Source: Phoronis australis (taxonomy: Eukaryota > Animalia > Phoronida). Taken from it: a DNA stretch of 64,000 bases. The DNA lies in contig NMRA01000103.1 of assembly GCA_002633005.1 (NCBI GenBank), forward strand, positions 91,512-155,511, read 5' to 3'. The notes beneath the pieces were generated by a model. It was not told the DNA's origin. It was given only the letters and a program-made list of their open reading frames with translations, and made no database searches. Position numbers and translations under genes: made by a program. Of this stretch, positions 62,640-64,000 are shown in pieces. The first letter of the stretch is position 1; each line of letters starts with the position of its first letter.

Positions 62640-62996
62640 AAACCATCCAGAAATTCCTTAAGTCTTGAAATTCAACAGCCATTCAATTCCACGACATCCT
62701 GAAATTTTCTAAGTCCTCAAATTCAATAACTATTCAATTTCGAACTGCCAAAATTTTTCTAAGTCCTGGAATGCAATAGCCATTCAATACAGAACAGCTA
62801 AAAATTTTCTAAGTGCAGAAATTCAATAGCCGTTCAATAGCCATTCAATTGACGGCAAGGGAAGTGCCAATTGAATTTTCATTCAATAGACATATTCAAT
62901 AGAAATTCAATTTTCTATTGAAATTCAATTGAAAGTTGTTTCAATTGAGATTCAATTGAAATTCAATTGAAACTCAACTTTTCCTTTTCATTTGGG
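62640..62996. repeat. Tandem units of about 50 bp and TTCAATTGAA palindromic micro-repeats, probably a DNA-transposon end
   Basis: Repeated ttctaagtc..aattcaatagccattcaat; ends ..TTTGGG abruptly against Gypsy pol. Confidence 0.55.
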
Positions 62997-64000
62997 ATAG
63001 AACCATCTGATGCTCCCTATATCTTTCCGGTGGTCTTAGTGAAGAAGAAGGACGGTTCAAATCGATTCTGCATCGATTTTCGTCGTTTGAACGCCATCAC
63101 CAAGTTCGAGTCGGATCCGATGGGCAATCCTGATGACATCATGGCTAAGATCAGTAAAGACCAGTATTTTACAAAGATTGATCTGAGTAAAGGGTACTGG
63201 CAAGTCATTGTTACCGAAGAATCACGGCCTAAGACCTCGTTTGTAGTACCAAGTGGTTGCTACAAGTTCAAAAAGATGCCGTTTGGTCTGGTAAATTCGG
63301 CAGCGACCTTCAACCGCATGATGAGGAAGATGTTGGCAGGAGCACATAATACAGAACATTATGTGGATGATATTCTGTGCCATAATAAGACCTGGACTGA
63401 ACACCTTGCCACCTTGCGAGACACCTTCCAACGTGTGCGAGAAGCTGGACTAACAATTCGACCCACCAAGTGTTTGGTTGGATCTCGTTCCGTCGATTTC
63501 GTTGGACATGTGGTCGGTGAAGGGCACCTGGCAATGGATGAAGAAAAGTTGAGACGCATCCGAGATGCACCACGACCCAGAACGAAGAAACAAGTTCGTT
63601 CTTTTCTTGGCTACTACAGGAACTTCATCCCAAACTTCGCTGAAATCGCCGTCCCACTTACTGAGCTCACAAAGAAGAAACAGCCTAACACCGTGCAATG
63701 GGAAGAAGCTCAGCAGCATGCATTCGACACTCTTCGAGACCTGCTGACGAGAGCACCCATACTGAGATTACCTGATTTCAGTAAACCTTTTATTGTTCAG
63801 ACTGATGCGTCAGATACTGGTATAGGCTGTATTTTGTTGCAGGAGTATGATGATGGCAGGTTCCCAGTAGCATGTGCTAGTAAGAAATTGTTACCTCGGG
63901 AACGGAATTACTCTGTCATAGAGAGGGAATGTTTGGCTATTGTATTTGCCATTAGAAAATTTGCGAAGTACTTGTATGGTAAAGAATTTATCATTCATAC
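62997..64000 (+). mobile_element. Ty3/Gypsy pol fragment (RT + RNase H), open to the window end
   Basis: PVVLVKKKDGSNRFCIDFRRLN, IDLSKGYWQ, MPFGLVNS, YVDD, QTDASDTGIG, ERNYSVIERECLAIV. Absent from the ORF track because there is no stop in the window. Confidence 0.97.

Overview
This is repeat-dense invertebrate (animal) nuclear DNA, not prokaryotic, with spliceosomal introns and three assembly gaps. Three host genes are supported. (1) The last three coding exons of a microcephalin (MCPH1)-like tandem-BRCT gene lie on + (1703-3024). (2) A complete 5-exon, 499-aa clan-2 cytochrome P450 lies on - (11802-18984) and has an atypical I-helix. (3) Small exons of an unidentified single-pass membrane protein lie on - (about 60.6-62.5 kb). 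The rest is a mosaic of nested transposons: Kolobok (TTAA TSD, THAP), hAT with 5-bp TSDs plus its MITEs, PIF/Harbinger, ISL2EU-like, P-like, Academ-like, Helentron-type HINEs, LINE relics, solo LTRs, Gypsy pol, and a Penelope-like element with a 3' hammerhead ribozyme. The most interesting observations are a HINE array of about 150-bp monomers each bearing a CTCF-like motif between two convergent genes, and a 74-bp tandem repeat that multiplies the splice acceptor of a transmembrane exon, with an in-frame stop just before the TM segment. Also notable are a four-level transposon nest that restores reading frames when removed, and the PLE hammerhead. All calls were made by eye; no searches were run.
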